Origin: an uncultured bacterium
Lineage (GTDB): Bacteria > Planctomycetota > JAJSAM01 > JAJVHW01
Assembly (NCBI GenBank): GCA_937996235.1
Contig: CALKVK010000015.1
Location: forward strand, 29,744-93,743
Length of the DNA stretch: 64,000 bases
Reading direction: 5' to 3'
The notes below the pieces were generated by a model. The model saw only the letters and a list, made by a program, of their open reading frames with translations. It searched no databases and was not told where the DNA came from. Below, one piece after another: positions 61,063 to 64,000 of this stretch. Both the position numbers and the translations under genes were made by a program. The stretch's first letter is position 1. Each line of letters begins with the position of its first letter.

Positions 61063-61173
61063 GGGCTGGAGCTTTCAGGGCAACGCGACCGGCGCGTCCG
61101 GCCGCAGTCCCGGGGCGTGCGGACGCGGGGTCCGACGCGCACCGGCACACCTCGACGGGAAGGGCAAGCACCT

Positions 61174-64000
61174 ATGACGGACTCCCGGACTCGTTCTCTG
61201 ACCCTCGTGGCCGCGCTGGCGACGATCGGCATGGTGGTCTCGGCGGCCTCCTGCACCGGTCCTGCGGACAAGAAGGCCGAGAAGCCGAGCAAGGCCTCGC
61301 CGGCGGTCGCGAAGGGCGACAAGACGTCTGCCATGCCGGGCGGCGGCGGCACGACCGCTGCGGGCGCCCCGGCGGCCGCGCCCGCGGACGGCGGCGCGAC
61401 GACGTCCGGGAAGCCGGCGACGCCTCCCGCGGCGCCTGCGGCTCCGGGCGGCACCGCGGCGAAGCCGGCGACCCCGGCGACGACGACGCCCGTCGCCCCG
61501 GCCGCGACGACCGCGCGCGCCGACGGCGGCCCGGTCGCCCCGCCCAAGCCGGGCGCTCCGCTGCCGGCGCCGGTCCCGCCGCGCGGCGGCCGCGACTCCG
61601 GCGCGACCACGCCGGTCCCGCCGGCCCCCACGGCCGAGAAGCCGACGACTCCGCCCGCCCCGCCCGCGCCGACGGCGACCGGCCCGACGCCGCCGCGTCC
61701 CGTGCCGCCGGCTCCGACGACGACCACGCCGCCCGTCGCGCCGCCGCCCGCCCCGCCGGCTGCGCCGACCGCGACCACGCCGAAGCCCGTCGAGCCGAAG
61801 CCCGCACCGGTCGCGACCGCGCAGAGCGAGGCCGATGCGCTCCTCGCGCAGCGCATCAAGGAGCTCGAGCTCGAGCGGCAGAAGAACGCGATCCTCGTCG
61901 AGGACTACGTCGCCCACGCCCGTGAGGCGGCGAAGCGCTTCGACCACGAGTCGACGGCCGACTGGGCGTCCCGCGCGCTCGAGCTCGACCACTCGAACCA
62001 GGAGGCCGAGAGCCTCCTGCGCACGGCGCGCGCCGCGATGGGCGAGCGCGACTCCGACATCGCGAGCCTCGCCGAGCTGCTGTCGCGCACGGCCTCGGTG
62101 AAGCGCGAGCAGGCGCAGTTCCAGGCGCAGCGCTACTGGACCTCCGCACAGGAGGCGAAGAAGGGCGGCGACTTCGCGAAGGCCGAGCAGGACCTCGAGA
62201 GCTGCCTGACGGTCATCGAGCACGATCCCTCGGGCATCAACTGGGGCGCGATGCCGACCTCGGTGCGCAACGAGCTCGCGGACGTGCGGAAGCTGCGCGC
62301 CGACGCCGACAAGGCCGCACGTGCCAGCGCCGCCCGCGACGCCTACAAGTCGGTCAAGGAGGAGGAGGCCCGGCGCCGCCTCGCCGAGGTCGAGAAGCGC
62401 AACGCGCTCTTCGAGGCCGCGATGACGGCGTTCGAGAACGAGCAGTACGCGTCGGCCGAGACGCTCCTGCAGGACTACCTCGCACTGGTGCCCGGCGACA
62501 CCAACGCGCAGCAGCTCCTCGCCACGGCCACGCGCGCGAAGCACGAGCGCGCGTCCGAGGAGTCGCTCAAGCTGCAGCGCGAGCGCTTCCGCGAGTGGCG
62601 TCTCGACATGCGCGAGACGACCGTCCCCTACCACAAGATCCTCAACTGGCCGTCGCAGGAGCACTGGGACCGCATCACGCAGCTCCGCGCGGACGCGGGC
62701 GTGCTCGCCGACCGCGAGCCCGACTCGCCCGACACCGCGGCGACGAAGAACAAGCTGCGCAGCGAGCGCGTCACCTTCCAGTTCCAGGGCGCCGAGTTCG
62801 CGGAGGTCATCCGCTACATCGCCGACACGCGGCAGATGAGCATCGTGATCGACCCGCAGGTCGCGCAGGAACTCGAGGCGATCCCGATCACCCTGAACCT
62901 GCAGGGCGTCGCGGTCGAGGAGGCGCTCAAGACGATCAACCGGATCGCCGGCGGCCTGACCTACGTGGTGAAGGGCGGCGTCGTGGTGATCACGAAGCCG
63001 GAGTTCGCCCGCGAGGACCCGATCGTCCAGGTGCACTCGGTCGGCGACCTGACCGTCGCGCTGACGAACTTCATCGCGCCGAACCTCCAGCTCCGCCCGG
63101 CCGGCGCCGAGGAGAACGAGGACGCGCCGATGTTCGGTGCCGCGCAGGAGGGCGTGACGTCCTTCGGCGACACCGACGCGCTGATGACGCTCATCCAGGG
63201 CAACGTCGCCGACCCCGACTACTGGACGGCCGACGGCGTGAGCATCGCGCCCTCCGGCACCGACAAGCTCGTCGTCGTCGCGGCGCCGAACGTCCAGCGC
63301 GAGGTCTCCGCGTTCCTCGACGACCTGCGGGCCTTCTCCGGCCTCGTCGTGACGATCGAGACGCGCTTCCTGACCGTCACCGACGACTTCCTGCGCGATG
63401 TCGGCATCGACATCCGCGGCATCGGCAACGGCACGCCCGGCCGCCTCGCGCTGCTCGACGACGTCACGAACGGCCTGCTGAACAACGCGTCGGCCGGCTT
63501 CGACAACGGCGGCGTGGGCCTGCCCGCGAACGCGAGCTCGGCTCCGTCGGCCGGCGCCTTCTACAACAACAACTCCGACGGCGACTACCGCGCCCGCACG
63601 GAGAACGTGTTCGACCAGGCGCTCGGCACGCGCATCACCAACATCGGCGGCGCCGTGCTGCAGTACACGCTGGTCGACGACACCGACCTGTCGCTGATCC
63701 TGCGCGCCGTCGAGAAGAGCCAGGAGGGCCGCGTCCTCCAAGCGCCGAGCGTGACGGTGTTCAACACCCAGCGCGCCAACATCACGCTGATCAACCAGCT
63801 CACGTTCGTGCAGGACTTCGACGTCGAGGTCGCCCAGACGGCGTTCATCGCCGACCCGATCATCGGCATCATCCAGGACGGCGTGGTGCTGGACGTGCAG
63901 CCCACGGTCAGCCACGACCGCAAGTACATCACCCTGCAGCTCCGCCCGACGATCGCGAACCTCGTGCGCCCGATCCCGACGTTCACCACGTCGCTCGGCG
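61174..64000 (+). CDS. Lipoprotein secretin 2 (paralog of 48057..50696); 3' end beyond the window
   Basis: Lipobox MTDSRTRSLTLVAALATIGMVVSAASC. ~190-aa P/T/A-rich spacer (…KPVEPKPAPVAT). STN-like VTFQFQGAEFAEVIRYIADTRQMSIVI. Secretin motifs are RFLTVTDDFLRDVGIDI...VLQAPSVTVFNTQRANITLINQ...VLDVQPTVSHDRKYITLQLRPTIANL. The frame is open to the window end, and the gene is not in the track because it has no stop. Confidence 0.8.
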   Translation, partial: MTDSRTRSLTLVAALATIGMVVSAASCTGPADKKAEKPSKASPAVAKGDKTSAMPGGGGTTAAGAPAAAPADGGATTSGKPATPPAAPAAPGGTAAKPATPATTTPVAPAATTARADGGPVAPPKPGAPLPAPVPPRGGRDSGATTPVPPAPTAEKPTTPPAPPAPTATGPTPPRPVPPAPTTTTPPVAPPPAPPAAPTATTPKPVEPKPAPVATAQSEADALLAQRIKELELERQKNAILVEDYVAHAREAAKRFDHESTADWASRALELDHSNQEAESLLRTARAAMGERDSDIASLAELLSRTASVKREQAQFQAQRYWTSAQEAKKGGDFAKAEQDLESCLTVIEHDPSGINWGAMPTSVRNELADVRKLRADADKAARASAARDAYKSVKEEEARRRLAEVEKRNALFEAAMTAFENEQYASAETLLQDYLALVPGDTNAQQLLATATRAKHERASEESLKLQRERFREWRLDMRETTVPYHKILNWPSQEHWDRITQLRADAGVLADREPDSPDTAATKNKLRSERVTFQFQGAEFAEVIRYIADTRQMSIVIDPQVAQELEAIPITLNLQGVAVEEALKTINRIAGGLTYVVKGGVVVITKPEFAREDPIVQVHSVGDLTVALTNFIAPNLQLRPAGAEENEDAPMFGAAQEGVTSFGDTDALMTLIQGNVADPDYWTADGVSIAPSGTDKLVVVAAPNVQREVSAFLDDLRAFSGLVVTIETRFLTVTDDFLRDVGIDIRGIGNGTPGRLALLDDVTNGLLNNASAGFDNGGVGLPANASSAPSAGAFYNNNSDGDYRARTENVFDQALGTRITNIGGAVLQYTLVDDTDLSLILRAVEKSQEGRVLQAPSVTVFNTQRANITLINQLTFVQDFDVEVAQTAFIADPIIGIIQDGVVLDVQPTVSHDRKYITLQLRPTIANLVRPIPTFTTSLG

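Noticed and set aside
61280-61800. TonB-like identity of the proline-rich region in secretin 2
   Set aside because: The P/T/A-rich tract resembles TonB/TolA spacers. But there is no TonB C-terminal domain, and the protein continues into STN and secretin domains. It is treated as a linker, not as TonB.
58420-63915. 875-aa and 946-aa minus ORFs and the small ORF 60920..61177
   Set aside because: They are antisense to the sulfatase-TPR and secretin 2 genes or lie in the GGA-rich leader. They are composition-driven and show no motifs.

Overview
This window is from a very GC-rich (~70%+) diderm bacterial chromosome. The gene content, including two groEL copies, lnt, ExbB/ExbD and secretins, is compatible with Myxococcota or a related deltaproteobacterium-like lineage, but that is inference. 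Gene density is high, and many long ORFs in the provided track are opposite-strand or alternate-frame artefacts of the GC bias. I called genes from recognisable protein families, signal peptides, RBS context and start/stop coupling.

The order of content is:
- 1-3.4 kb: cell-shape operon mrdA(partial)-mreD-mreC-mreB on the minus strand.
- 4.9-9.8 kb: housekeeping genes lnt-moeA (minus), then ribH-nusB-ftsY (plus).
- 9.9-18.1 kb: envelope/polysaccharide block with a WaaL-like O-antigen-ligase/TPR protein, a carboxypeptidase-regulatory-domain protein, a PHP phosphoesterase, and GT4-cysC(APS kinase)-GT2.
- 19.4-26.4 kb: der GTPase, a Dpp/Opp-type ABC importer lacking ATPase genes, and speA.
- 26.5-32.6 kb: minus-strand chaperone block groEL2-groES-groEL1-dnaJ-grpE-fmdB, plus yacG.
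- 32.8-41.1 kb: NPCBM-like and vWA proteins, pdxA, a HEAT-repeat protein and an AlkD-like/radical-SAM fusion.
- 41.1-46.7 kb: fur, purD, four tRNAs (Pro-TGG, Arg-TCT, His-GTG, Lys-CTT), an EamA transporter and a family-4 uracil-DNA glycosylase.

The most interesting region is 46.7-64 kb. It encodes one MotA/TolQ/ExbB stator protein followed by four tandem ExbD/TolR paralogs. Two of these share a near-identical 96-nt 5' segment. No TonB or TolA gene is recognisable in the window. The ExbB/ExbD genes are sandwiched between two paralogous lipoprotein secretins (GspD/PilQ-type C-domain with STN-like and TPR-like N-regions). One secretin carries a TonB-like proline-rich spacer. Large TPR lipoproteins, a sulfatase-TPR protein and a PilM/GspL-like protein complete the cluster.

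Other features of the secretin family:
- A stand-alone paralog of the secretin N-region lies directly upstream of fur.
- A HEAT-repeat protein carries a 64-nt segment nearly identical in nucleotide sequence to an internal piece of secretin 1.
- Both secretin genes share an exact upstream 15-mer.
- Secretin 2 has a ~490-nt GGA-rich leader ending in a hairpin plus U-run.

I found no CRISPR arrays, transposases or integrases.
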